A stretch of DNA of 47,733 bases from contig CAKUMP010000001.1 in NCBI GenBank assembly GCA_934667795.1, positions 1 through 47,733 on the forward strand, written 5' to 3'. The notes beneath the pieces were generated by a model. That model was not told where the DNA came from and searched no databases. It was given only the letters and a program-made list of their open reading frames with translations. Made by a program: the position numbers and the translations under genes. The DNA is from an uncultured Chthoniobacterales bacterium (GTDB taxonomy: Bacteria > Verrucomicrobiota > Verrucomicrobiia > Chthoniobacterales > CAKUMP01). Shown here one piece after another: positions 18,795 through 28,058 of the stretch. Position 1 is the first letter of the stretch; every line of letters begins with the position of its first letter.

Positions 18795-19148
18795 ATGAAT
18801 ACTGAAGATTTCAAAAACAGAACAAAGGCTTTTGCCTTGAGGGTTGTTCGACTGACGGAAGCTTTGCCGAAGAATCAGACGGCAAATGTGATTGGAAAGC
18901 AGCTGCTCAGATGCGGAACGTCTGTTGGTGCCAACTACCGCGCTGCCTGCCGCGCTCGCTCCAATCCCGAATTTATTGCCAAAATGGGCATTGTTGAGGA
19001 GGAGTGCGCCGAAAGTATGTACTGGATGGAACTCATTGTTGAAGCCGGGCTGATGGAAGAGAAATTGATTATCGATTTGAAAAAAGAAGCAAACGAGATC
19101 CTCTCCATGGTCGTGGCTTCCATCAAGACGGCGCGTTCTCGCAAATAA
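18795..19148 (+). CDS. Four helix bundle protein (23S rRNA intervening-sequence protein family)
   Basis: Motifs seen: FKNRTKAFALRVVRLTEALPKNQTANVIGKQLLRCGTSVGANYRAACRARSNPEFIAKMGIVEEECAESMYWMELI. The ATG at 18795 is preferred. The upstream extension is repeat-derived. Confidence 0.85.
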   Translation: MNTEDFKNRTKAFALRVVRLTEALPKNQTANVIGKQLLRCGTSVGANYRAACRARSNPEFIAKMGIVEEECAESMYWMELIVEAGLMEEKLIIDLKKEANEILSMVVASIKTARSRK

Positions 19149-19175
19149 TCCGAATTCCGCAATCATAAATCCGCC
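19147..19175. repeat. Right inverted repeat of four-helix-bundle cassette 2
   Basis: The sequence is AATCCGAATTCCGCAATCATAAATCCGCC. It overlaps the four-helix-bundle stop codon and the last codons of the amidotransferase fragment. Confidence 0.8.
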
Positions 19176-19702
19176 TTCCGTCGTTCCTGACAGACAAATT
19201 TGAAGGGATGGCTCTGCCACTCCTTGAGGTTTTCATGGCGGATGGTCAGCATGGTCATGGGCGGCACCTCCAGCTCGCGCCAGCCCTTCTCGTTGTCCAC
19301 GGCAAAGTCAATAAAGGCGTCGTCCGAGGCGTAGAGCACCACCCGGTGCTGGCGGTGGATGCGCAGGCAGAGCGGCTTGTTGCCCTTGAGCACGGTGATG
19401 GTGCCGGGGTCGAGCCGTGAGGCCAGCACGGCGCTCATCTGACCGCGACAGAGGGCAAGCGCCTTCTTCAGGCCCTCCTGGTCGATGGGGGCTTCGGGCG
19501 CGAAGCGGTCGGCCAGACGGAAGATCCGCTCGCTGTCCACCTCGGCGTAGCGCGGCAGCCTGAGACGGCGGAACAGATAATCGGCGTTGTAGATGGTGCC
19601 GTTGTGGGTGCCGATGACGATCCTGGGCCGGATGGGAGGGTGGTTGCGGTTGTTGAACTCGTCACCCCGGAGAATGACCCCGGAGAGACGGGTTGTCTTT
19701 TT
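19163..19702 (-). pseudogene. N-terminally truncated class II (Ntn-type, YafJ-like) glutamine amidotransferase
   Basis: The frame is open only from the TGA at 19703-19705, 2 nt from the tmRNA CCA end. It reads ...LRGDEFNNRNHPPIRPRIVIGTHNGTIYNADYLFRRL...AEVDSERIF. The N-terminal nucleophile region is absent. Confidence 0.6.
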
Positions 19703-19707
19703 TCAAT

Positions 19708-20063
19708 TGGTGGAGGCGAGGGGAGTTGAACCCCTGTCCTTGAAATCATCCCTCAGAACTTCTACATGTTTATTCGATTTTTTAATTTAGGAGAGCCAGC
19801 CTGAATCGACACAGTTTGGAACTCCGAGCATCCACGTAATATCTCGTTACCCCACGCGGTTGCACCGAGGATAACCAGCCTGCTGCTTGCACCCGGACGC
19901 GTAGCAGGCGTTCGCGAACGGATGTCACAGTCAATTAAGCTGCGAGTGCGAGATCTTGTGTATCTGCATTTAGTTTGTTTGATCCGATTATTAACGAGGC
20001 CAACGAATCATCCTCGACATGCGGCCCTGACTTCAAACTTCCAGTCGAAACCAGTACGCCCCC
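19708..20063 (-). ncRNA. ssrA: tmRNA (ssrA), 356 nt
   Basis: The 5' end is GGGGGCGUACUGGUUUCGAC. The 3' end is GGGGUUCAACUCCCCUCGCCUCCACCA, which pairs with the 5' end as a tRNA-Ala-like acceptor. It contains a GUUGGCCUCGU pseudoknot region like E. coli ssrA. The tag ORF is GCA GAU ACA CAA GAU CUC GCA CUC GCA GCU UAA (ADTQDLALAA*, 19967-19925). Confidence 0.9.
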
Positions 20064-20098
20064 TTATTTTTTCAATATGCAACAGAAACGGGGAGATG

Positions 20099-23008
20099 TC
20101 AAGTGGGAGTGACGGGTGGGTTGGGGGAATGGAGGATATTGTAGAGGATATGAGCGAGCTCTTTCCATTCGATGGGTTTGAGGAGGAGTTCGCGGACACC
20201 GGCAAGGCGGATTTCTTCGGAGGATTGGGTGTCGGTATAACCGGTGAGCATGATAATCGGGAGGTCGGGGCGGATGGCGAGCAGTTTGCGGGCGAGATCG
20301 ATCCCGGAGAGGTTGGGCATCATGCGATCAGTCACGACGGCGTCGAAGCGGTGAGGGTTCTGCATAAAGTCGCGAAGGGCTTCGGTGCTGTCGGTATGGC
20401 AAACAGAATGATAGCCGAGACGCTCGAGGCTTTTTTGTCCGAGTGTTACCAGAATCGATTCATCATCCACGAAGAGGATGCGTTCGCCATTTCCTGTGGG
20501 GAGGGTTGTGGGGGTGAAAGGGGGTGGGAGAGAAACTTCTGACTGCGCGATGGGGAGGAGCACAGAGAAAGTGGAACCTTTCTGGAGTTCGGATTCCACG
20601 AGGACCGTGCCGTGGTGTTCGCGGATAATCCCGAGCACCACCGAGAGGCCGAGTCCGGTCCCTTTTCCTTGAGGTTTTGTCGTGAAAAATGGATCGAAAA
20701 TGCGATCGAGATTTTCGGTAGGGATTCCGTCGCCGGTGTCCTGGATATCGACGCGGAGGTAAGTTCCGGGGATCAGATTATGGAGTTGCTGGATGGGGGA
20801 GTGCGGTTCAATGATCTCCTGCGAGAGAGAAATCGTGAGCGTGCCGCCATTGTCCTGCATCGCCTGGCATGCGTTGGTTGCGAGGTTCATCAACACCTGG
20901 TGGATCTGGCTGGGGTCTGCCATGATCGGCGGGATTTTTGGGACGATTTTTTCCACCAGCAGGATATTTGCCGGGACCGTTGCCTGGAGGAGTTTGATCA
21001 TTTCGCCCACGAGACTATCGAGATGGACCGCGGAGCGGATGGAATCATTGCGACGGCTAAACGTCAGGATCTGGTGGACCAGATCTTTCGCGCGATTGGA
21101 AGCGCTGAGGATGTGATCGAGATCGGAATCGGTACAGGGGCTGCGTTTTGGGTTGTCGCGTGCGAGAGAAGCGAAGCCGATAATCGCGGTCAGGATATTA
21201 TTGAAATCGTGTGCGATCCCGCCGGCGAGCGTCCCGATGGCTTCCATTTTTTGTGCCTGACGAAGCTGGCGTTCGAGAGACAATTTTTCCTCTTCCGCAT
21301 TTTTTTGATCAGTAATGTCCTGGATCAAGCCAAGCGCGCGATGGGGGGAGTCCGGATTCACGCGAAGCTGGGCGTGGATCCAGCGGATATCGCCATTTGG
21401 GTGTACCAGGCGATGACTGACATCCAGCGGTGCTGATTTTTCGATCGTTTTGCTGATCGCATTGATAATGCGTGGGCGATCGACCGGGTGGACGAGTTGG
21501 TAAAACTGGTCGAGATTGCCACGGAACTCATGGGGTGGAATCCCGAAAATATGATAGGTTTCGCGCGAGCAATGGATGCGTGGAACGGGTTCATCGAGGT
21601 CAATCGTCCAGCTTCCGACATGCCCGACTGCCTGGGATTCTTCGAGAAACTTCTGACTCTCCCGGAGGGCAGCCTGCGCTTCCCGGAGTTGGGACGTTTC
21701 TACTTCGAGAGAAATCATGGATGCCATCATTGCGGCAAAATTGATTTCTTCCGGCGTCCAGACGCGTGCGGTGTGGGATTCGTGAGAAACCACGCCGATC
21801 CATTTCCCATTCAAGCGGATGGCAACATCCAGCAAAGAGAGTGTTGGTTTATCGGCAAAATGGGTCAGCGCAAAATCGCGAGTTCGGATATCCTGAAAGG
21901 CATCGGTTACATCGATAATTTTATTTTCGCGAAGTGCGCGAGAATAAGCGGGGAAATTATGGAGCGAGAGCATTTCTGCCGAACTGTGTGTACGGGTCGT
22001 ACGATTAAAACGGTCCACCAGAAGCATTTCGCCCGTTCCCTCCATCAGGCGGTAAATCGAAACCGTATCGACATCGAGAGAATCCAGATCGGTTTCGGTG
22101 ATATGATGGAGAGCGGCTTCGAAAGTCGTTGCCGGGTTTTGGGCGAGGCTCAGGAGTGCGCGTTGATGGACCTGGGAACGGTTCAGGCGAGAGCGGTGTT
22201 TTTCTTCTGCCAGCGTGCGGTCGGTGATATCGCGCAGCACCAGCGTGAAGAGGGCAGCTTCATCTGCCTCGCTGTAGGCCAGGGACGCTTCCACCGGGAA
22301 TTCCATCTGGTTTTTTCGGAGTCCACGGAGGGGGACATGAAAACGTTTGTGACGGATTCCGCTTCGGTCAGGGGCAGAAAGCTGGCAAATGGTCAAAAAG
22401 GAACGGAGCTGGTCATGCCACGCTGCAGGAAAGAGCTGAGTCAACGATTGTCCGATCATTTCTTTACTGGGAAACTGAAACATCTCTTCTGCCGCTTCAT
22501 TAAACAGAATCACATTCAGGTTTTGATCGGCCGTGATAATCGCATCCATCGCGGAGGCAATAATTGTGGAGAGGCGTTTTTCGCTGGTTGCGAGTGCATT
22601 ACGGGCATGGCGGCGTTCCTGACGCGAGCGGGCATCGCGGAGTTCGCGTTCGATCACCGAAGGGAGCACCGTGAGGTGCTGTTTCAGAATATAATCGTGT
22701 GCGCCCAGACGGATGGTTTCCAGTGGTTCCTCGGGGGAGGCCGGGTGAGAAATGACCACAAACGGGAGGTCAGGAAAATGTTTCAGTGCATACGAAAGAA
22801 TATGCTGATACGCCGGGTTTTCAGGATGCCAGTCTGAAAGGATCAGTGTAGATTGTTGGGAATCAAGAGCTTCCTGTAGCGCTTCCGGTGTTGCTACGTG
22901 CGAAATCGTGCATGGGATATCAGAAGATGCGAGCAAATGCGCAACCGTCTCGTGATCCTGGGTATTGGATTCAAGATGGAGGATAGTAACGGTATCTGAT
23001 ATGCTCAT
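20099..23008 (-). CDS. Hybrid sensor histidine kinase/response regulator (REC-PAS-GAF-PAS-HisKA-HATPase-REC)
   Basis: Has an H-box (IAHDFNNILTAIIG), N and G boxes (LMNLATNACQAM, DTGDGI, GTGLGLS), and N- and C-terminal receiver domains (LILSDWH; ILFVDDE...VVTDRMMP). Confidence 0.88.
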   Translation of the reverse strand: MSISDTVTILHLESNTQDHETVAHLLASSDIPCTISHVATPEALQEALDSQQSTLILSDWHPENPAYQHILSYALKHFPDLPFVVISHPASPEEPLETIRLGAHDYILKQHLTVLPSVIERELRDARSRQERRHARNALATSEKRLSTIIASAMDAIITADQNLNVILFNEAAEEMFQFPSKEMIGQSLTQLFPAAWHDQLRSFLTICQLSAPDRSGIRHKRFHVPLRGLRKNQMEFPVEASLAYSEADEAALFTLVLRDITDRTLAEEKHRSRLNRSQVHQRALLSLAQNPATTFEAALHHITETDLDSLDVDTVSIYRLMEGTGEMLLVDRFNRTTRTHSSAEMLSLHNFPAYSRALRENKIIDVTDAFQDIRTRDFALTHFADKPTLSLLDVAIRLNGKWIGVVSHESHTARVWTPEEINFAAMMASMISLEVETSQLREAQAALRESQKFLEESQAVGHVGSWTIDLDEPVPRIHCSRETYHIFGIPPHEFRGNLDQFYQLVHPVDRPRIINAISKTIEKSAPLDVSHRLVHPNGDIRWIHAQLRVNPDSPHRALGLIQDITDQKNAEEEKLSLERQLRQAQKMEAIGTLAGGIAHDFNNILTAIIGFASLARDNPKRSPCTDSDLDHILSASNRAKDLVHQILTFSRRNDSIRSAVHLDSLVGEMIKLLQATVPANILLVEKIVPKIPPIMADPSQIHQVLMNLATNACQAMQDNGGTLTISLSQEIIEPHSPIQQLHNLIPGTYLRVDIQDTGDGIPTENLDRIFDPFFTTKPQGKGTGLGLSVVLGIIREHHGTVLVESELQKGSTFSVLLPIAQSEVSLPPPFTPTTLPTGNGERILFVDDESILVTLGQKSLERLGYHSVCHTDSTEALRDFMQNPHRFDAVVTDRMMPNLSGIDLARKLLAIRPDLPIIMLTGYTDTQSSEEIRLAGVRELLLKPIEWKELAHILYNILHSPNPPVTPT

Positions 23009-23175
23009 AGAAGCCTGGGTGAATCATTTTTTCGCCCCTGCCAGCTACGTAGAACGGCAGGGGATGAAAAATGAGAAACGAACCAACGATAATCAAGTAT
23101 AATTTCTATTCATCATAAAAAGCGAAGAGGTTCATCCCCCTTAAATGAAGCGCTGTCCTGCAGTCGCATTTTAAT

Positions 23176-24552
23176 TTAAATATGGACTGCGTGCCCGAAA
23201 GCATCGCCCGTGGCTTCGTGAATAGCTTCGCTGAGCGTCGGATGGGCATGAATCATGTGGGAAATATCTTCATGCGTCGCTTCGAGCGAAATTGCCAGCC
23301 CGAGTTCTGCGATCAATTCGGTTGCTTCTGCGCCAATAATATGTGCGCCGATCACTTCGCCATGCGGTTTATTGAAGAGGATTTTAACAAACCCTTCGGA
23401 TTCTGCGACGGCCAGGGCTTTTCCACTCGCCTGGAACGGGAATTTTCCGACATTGAAATCGAGGCCCTGTTTTTTGGCTTCCTGCTCGGTCAGTCCGATG
23501 CTTGCCACCTGTGGCTGGCAGTACGTGCAGCCCGGGAACACGCTGGAGCGAGCCGGAGTGGAATGTTCGAACATCCCATTGACCGCCTGAGTCGCTTCCC
23601 AGGAGGCCACATGCGCGAGCCAGGGAGGTCCAATAATATCGCCTGCGGCATAAACGCCCGGGATACTCGTTTCGTAACGGTCATTGACCTGGATGTACCC
23701 GCGATCTGTCAGCGTCGGCTGGACACCACCCGGGAGCAGCGGAGAAACCCCGATGGCAATCAAGGCCGTAGAAGCTTTCAGCGTCTCAGACTTTTCTCCT
23801 TCCACTTCGAGCGTCACTCCGGAAGCGTCGGCAGCCGTTTTGACCACTTTTGTTCCGGTTAAAATTTTGATCCCCTGACGGGTGAGGGATTTTTTGAGAG
23901 CTTCAGAAACTTCCTGATCTTCGACCGGGAGGATATGGGGCATCATTTCCACCAGTGTCACTTTCGTACCGAAAGCATTATAGAAATAAGCGAATTCGAC
24001 CCCGATTGCGCCTGCGCCGATAATGATCATGCTTTCCGGCTGTTTTTCGAGAGTCATTGCCTGGCGGCTGCCGATTACGGTGGATCCATTGATCGGGAAC
24101 CCGGGCATTTCGCGAGTTACCACCCCTGTCGAGAGCAGGATGCGGGGAGCATTGAGTGTGGACTCTTTACCGTCCGGTGTTTTGACGATCACCGCGCCGG
24201 GGCCTTTGAGGCTGGCTTCGCCGGGGATATAGTCGATTTTATTTTTTTTGAAAAGAAATTCGATTCCGCCGGCGAGTCGATCTGCCACCTGGCGGGAGCG
24301 TCCGATAATTTTATCCCAATTATACGAGAGGTTATCGAATTCGAAGCCGAAGGCAGAGCCTTTTTTCTTCATGATCTGATAGAGTTCGGCATTACGCAGC
24401 AGGGCTTTAGTGGGAATACAGCCCCAATTCAGACAGGTACCGCCAGCGCGCTCTTTTTCGATACAAGCGACCTTTTTTCCAAGTTGAGCAGCGCGAATGG
24501 CACCCACATATCCTGCAGGGCCGCCTCCAATAACAATTAAATCATAGCTCAT
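23176..24552 (-). CDS. lpdA: Dihydrolipoyl dehydrogenase (E3)
   Basis: Has an FAD motif (VIGGGPAGY), the redox disulfide (GGTCLNWGCIPTK) and a C-terminal HAHPTLSE. Confidence 0.92.
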   Translation of the reverse strand: MSYDLIVIGGGPAGYVGAIRAAQLGKKVACIEKERAGGTCLNWGCIPTKALLRNAELYQIMKKKGSAFGFEFDNLSYNWDKIIGRSRQVADRLAGGIEFLFKKNKIDYIPGEASLKGPGAVIVKTPDGKESTLNAPRILLSTGVVTREMPGFPINGSTVIGSRQAMTLEKQPESMIIIGAGAIGVEFAYFYNAFGTKVTLVEMMPHILPVEDQEVSEALKKSLTRQGIKILTGTKVVKTAADASGVTLEVEGEKSETLKASTALIAIGVSPLLPGGVQPTLTDRGYIQVNDRYETSIPGVYAAGDIIGPPWLAHVASWEATQAVNGMFEHSTPARSSVFPGCTYCQPQVASIGLTEQEAKKQGLDFNVGKFPFQASGKALAVAESEGFVKILFNKPHGEVIGAHIIGAEATELIAELGLAISLEATHEDISHMIHAHPTLSEAIHEATGDAFGHAVHI

Positions 24553-24596
24553 GAATAGACTCCAATGGTTTGGGTTTAGGGATGTTTTGGAAGGGA

Positions 24597-25946
24597 TTAA
24601 ATCAGCAACAAGGCCGGGGTTTCGATCAATTTACGGAAGGCTGCCAGGTATTCCGCACCGACTGCACCATCGACCACTCGGTGGTCGCAGCTCAGGCTGA
24701 CCTGCATTCTCTGGCCTACCACAATTTCATCCTTTTCGTTGACAATAGGTTTTTTGGTCACTGCACCGATCGCAAGGATGATCGACTGGGGCGGGTTGAT
24801 AATCGCATAAAAGGAATCGATGCCGTAAGCGCCGAGGTTGGAAACGGTGAGGGTTCCGCCCTGGTATTCTTCCGGTTTGAGGCGTTTGGAGCGTGCGCGA
24901 CCGGCGAGGTCTTTCACGGTGCTGCTGATTTCGCCTAATGGTAACACATGTGCATTGCGAAGCACGGGGGTCACCAGGCCATCTTCGACCGCCACCGCAA
25001 CGGCCAGGTTTACACTGCCAAATTCCTGGACCGCATCGCCGGCAAAGGAAGCGTTGACCTTCGGGACCTGGCGGGCTGCCAGCGCAGCAGCGCGCAGGAC
25101 AAAATCGTTGACTGTCACCTTATCCAGGCCGAACTCGGCGCCATTGGCTTTTACTTCTGCACGGAGTTTCATCAGCGGAGCGGCATCGACTTCGATATTC
25201 AGGTAAAAATGCGGGATAGTCGTTTTTGATTCCAGAAGGCGATCTGCGATTACGCGGCGCATTCCGGAAAGCGGGACCTTGCGCACTTCGCCGGCCGAGA
25301 GTCCGGGCTGGGTGGGTGCGGAGGCTGCTGGAGCAGGTTTGGAAGAGGACGCTGCGGGCGCAGCAGGTTGTGCGTTTTCGACATCTTTAGCAATCACACG
25401 TCCGCCGGGGCCGGAACCTTGCAGAGAAGAAAGGGAAATGCCTTTTTCTGCTGCCAGTCTGCGTGCAAGCGGAGATGCTTTCACACGTTCGTCAGAAGAA
25501 TCGGAAGCTTCTTCCTCTGCAGAAACGGGCGCTTTATCGGCTTTTTTGGAGGATTTGTCGGATTTGGTGTCGGCCTTGGTATCCGATTGGGTTTTTGCAT
25601 CCGAAGTGTTGGTTTTTTTCTTATCAGCCTTATCGGAAGACGCCTTGGATTTCGTGTCTTTGGAATCTTTTTTCGATTCAGCGGGTTTTGCGTCGGCGCT
25701 GTCTGAGCCATCGCCATCGAGTTCGAGGATAGCGGTACCGACATTTACCTTATCGCCTTCTCCGACCAGGAGTTTCGTGATCGTGCCATCTTCGAAAACT
25801 TCCATTTCCATCACCGACTTATCGGTTTCGATTTCGGCGATCACATCGCCCATTTCTACGGTGTCTCCCTCTTTTTTGAGCCAGCGGAGGAGGGTTCCTT
25901 CCTCCATGGTATCACTCAGTTTGGGCATTTCGATTTTAATAGACAT
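24597..25946 (-). CDS. pdhC: Dihydrolipoamide acetyltransferase (E2) of the pyruvate dehydrogenase complex
   Basis: Has a lipoyl domain ([12 protein letters not shown]), an E3-binding segment ([14 protein letters not shown]) and a catalytic DHRVVDG. The interdomain linker is unusual, rich in K/D/S/T. Confidence 0.9.
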   Translation of the reverse strand: MSIKIEMPKLSDTMEEGTLLRWLKKEGDTVEMGDVIAEIETDKSVMEMEVFEDGTITKLLVGEGDKVNVGTAILELDGDGSDSADAKPAESKKDSKDTKSKASSDKADKKKTNTSDAKTQSDTKADTKSDKSSKKADKAPVSAEEEASDSSDERVKASPLARRLAAEKGISLSSLQGSGPGGRVIAKDVENAQPAAPAASSSKPAPAASAPTQPGLSAGEVRKVPLSGMRRVIADRLLESKTTIPHFYLNIEVDAAPLMKLRAEVKANGAEFGLDKVTVNDFVLRAAALAARQVPKVNASFAGDAVQEFGSVNLAVAVAVEDGLVTPVLRNAHVLPLGEISSTVKDLAGRARSKRLKPEEYQGGTLTVSNLGAYGIDSFYAIINPPQSIILAIGAVTKKPIVNEKDEIVVGQRMQVSLSCDHRVVDGAVGAEYLAAFRKLIETPALLLI

Positions 25947-25976
25947 AGTAAGAAAATGGGTTGGAATGAGTTTATA

Positions 25977-26951
25977 TTAACAAATAGAAAGGACGGTTTC
26001 GATGATCTGTTCCGGATAAGGCAATTGCTTTTGTTCCAGAGGTGGGCTGTAAATCGCAGGAGCATCCACTGAGGCAATGCGTTTTACCGGAGCATCGAGG
26101 TCGTCGAATGCTTTATCCTGAATCGTGGAAACGATTTGTGCTCCTACGCCGCAGAAGGGTTTGTTTTCCTCCACGACCACGGCGCGATGGGTTTTGCGGA
26201 CGGAGTTCAGGAACGTTTCTTCATCCAGCGGGCGGATGGAGCGGAGATCGACTACTTCGGCGTGGATTTTATATTCTTCTGCCAGAATTTCTGCTGCTTT
26301 GAGAGAGGTGAGTACTGCGCGTCCGTGCGCGATAATCGTTACATCATTGCCGGGCAGTTTAATATCTGCTTTTCCCATCGGGATCAGATATTCTTCTTCT
26401 GGCACTTCCCAGGTCTGGCCATAGAGCAGCGTGTTTTCCATGAACATCACCGGGTCATTATCGCGGATTGCCGTTTTCAGGAGGCCTTTGGCATCATACG
26501 CGTTGGAAGGGGTCACCACTTTGAGCCCGGGCACGTTTGCCAGTAAATTTTCCGGCGTATGGGAGTGGGTCGCGCCCACGTTTGTACCCCCATTCGCAGG
26601 ACCGCGGATCACGAGCGGGACATTGATCAGCCCCCCGGACATATAGCGGACGCAGCCTGCATTGTTCACAATCTGGTCGTATGCGACATAAGCGAAACTC
26701 CAGAACATCAGTTCCACCACCGGACGGAGCCCCAGCATCGAAGCTCCAACGGCCATTCCGATGAAGCCTGCTTCACTGATCGGAGTATCCACCACGCGGT
26801 CGCTTCCAAAGCGTTTCCAGAGACCTTCGGTCACTTTATAGGCACCATTATATTCTGCCACTTCTTCTCCGATCAGAACCACGTTTTCGTCACGCTGGAT
26901 TTCCTCGGCCAGGGCGTCATTGAGAGCTTTGCGATAAGTTATTAGAGGCAT
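25977..26951 (-). CDS. pdhB: Pyruvate dehydrogenase E1 component, beta subunit
   Basis: Shows transketolase-like pyrimidine-binding and C-terminal domain patterns (GEEVAEYNGAYKVT, DTPISEAGF). It sits between E1 alpha and E2. Confidence 0.9.
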   Translation of the reverse strand: MPLITYRKALNDALAEEIQRDENVVLIGEEVAEYNGAYKVTEGLWKRFGSDRVVDTPISEAGFIGMAVGASMLGLRPVVELMFWSFAYVAYDQIVNNAGCVRYMSGGLINVPLVIRGPANGGTNVGATHSHTPENLLANVPGLKVVTPSNAYDAKGLLKTAIRDNDPVMFMENTLLYGQTWEVPEEEYLIPMGKADIKLPGNDVTIIAHGRAVLTSLKAAEILAEEYKIHAEVVDLRSIRPLDEETFLNSVRKTHRAVVVEENKPFCGVGAQIVSTIQDKAFDDLDAPVKRIASVDAPAIYSPPLEQKQLPYPEQIIETVLSIC

Positions 26952-26977
26952 GGTTTATAATTTATAAAAAACAAAAA

Positions 26978-28051
26978 TTAATCGTTAAAAAAATGGCGTC
27001 CGGATTTGCCGGATTCGGTATTGTGATCGACCTCATAATAAACGTCGCTCATAATATCTGCTTCGTTCGGATAAGGGCTGTCATTGGCAAATTCGGCAGC
27101 CGCAGCGGCTTCGAGTTTGGCGTTCTGGTCGATTTCTTTTACGTCTTCTTCGGTGATGATACCTTCTTCGATAAGCGTCTTGTGGAAGAGACGGAGAGGG
27201 TCGTGGTTTTGTTTGTAGTCCTCGATTTCTTCGGGTAAGCGGTATTTTTTGGTATTCGCATCTGCGACGGAGTGTCCGTAATAGCGATACGTATGGATTT
27301 CGAGAACCGTCGGGCGGGATTCCTGGTGCGCACGATCAATTGCGATCTGGGTTTTTGCGCGGATTTCGTAAATGTCTTCGCCATTGATCGTATCCCATTC
27401 GATACCGTACCCTTCGGCGCGTTTTGCGAGCGATTCCTGATACGCACTGGAACGCGCCAGGCTGGTTCCCATCGAATACCCGTTGTTTTCGATGATATAA
27501 ATGACGGGAAGGCTCCAGAGTCCGGCCAGGTTCAGTGATTCGTGATAGACGCCCTGGTTGACGGCGCCATCTCCAAGATAAGTGAGGCAGGAACCTTTGA
27601 TTTTGCGGTATTTCAGCGCATAAGCAATCCCCAGCCCGAGAGGCGTCTGCCCCGCAACAATCCCGTGTCCGCCCCAGTAGTTTTTATCAGGAGCAAAAAA
27701 GTGCATCGAACCGCCTTTTCCTTTCGAACAGCCGGTTGCTTTTCCAAAAAGTTCCGCCATGCATTCGTTCATCGACATCCCGACTGCGAGCGCGTGCCCG
27801 TGGTCGCGGTATGCAGTGATCACATGATCGTTTTCTTTCAGAAGCGAGCAGGTTGCAACCGCTACAGATTCCTGCCCGGTGTACAGGTGGAGGAATCCGC
27901 CCATTTTCCCACTGTTATAATATTTCAGAGCAGTCTGCTCAAACCGGCGGATACGGTACATATCCTGCAGGAATTTGATCTTTTCTTCAGGAGAAAGGGA
28001 TGCGTTGATTTTTTCTGCGGCAAAATTAGTAGAATCAAGAACAGTGGCCAT
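26978..28051 (-). CDS. pdhA: Pyruvate dehydrogenase E1 component, alpha subunit
   Basis: Has the ThDP-binding motif (GDGAVNQGVYHESLNLAGLWSLPVIYIIENNGYSMGT) and YRYYGHSVAD. Confidence 0.9.
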   Translation of the reverse strand: MATVLDSTNFAAEKINASLSPEEKIKFLQDMYRIRRFEQTALKYYNSGKMGGFLHLYTGQESVAVATCSLLKENDHVITAYRDHGHALAVGMSMNECMAELFGKATGCSKGKGGSMHFFAPDKNYWGGHGIVAGQTPLGLGIAYALKYRKIKGSCLTYLGDGAVNQGVYHESLNLAGLWSLPVIYIIENNGYSMGTSLARSSAYQESLAKRAEGYGIEWDTINGEDIYEIRAKTQIAIDRAHQESRPTVLEIHTYRYYGHSVADANTKKYRLPEEIEDYKQNHDPLRLFHKTLIEEGIITEEDVKEIDQNAKLEAAAAAEFANDSPYPNEADIMSDVYYEVDHNTESGKSGRHFFND

Positions 28052-28058
28052 GATGGAT

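Noticed and set aside
9300-19708. Calling the block an intact integrative mobile element or prophage
   Set aside because: No integrase, transposase, conjugation or phage structural genes are visible. The only recombination-related gene is a frameshifted excisionase-like HTH, and no att direct repeat was found by eye. It is reported only as a probable decayed island.
20612-22837. Long plus-strand ORFs (274 aa and 449 aa) opposite the sensor kinase gene
   Set aside because: They are shadow ORFs antisense to a 969 aa gene with clear domain motifs. Their translations are Arg/Cys/His-rich with no recognisable motifs.
23035-23063. Stem-loop CCCCTGCC-N13-GGCAGGGG between lpdA and the kinase gene as an intrinsic terminator
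   Set aside because: On the transcribed (minus) strand the stem is followed by CGAAAAAATG rather than a U-tract, so it is not a canonical terminator. It may still be a structural element.
23182-25980. Several plus-strand ORFs (226, 201, 122 and 233 aa) across lpdA and the E2 gene
   Set aside because: All are antisense shadows of the pdh genes. The 233 aa one is a low-complexity Ser/Ala translation of the reverse strand of the E2 linker.
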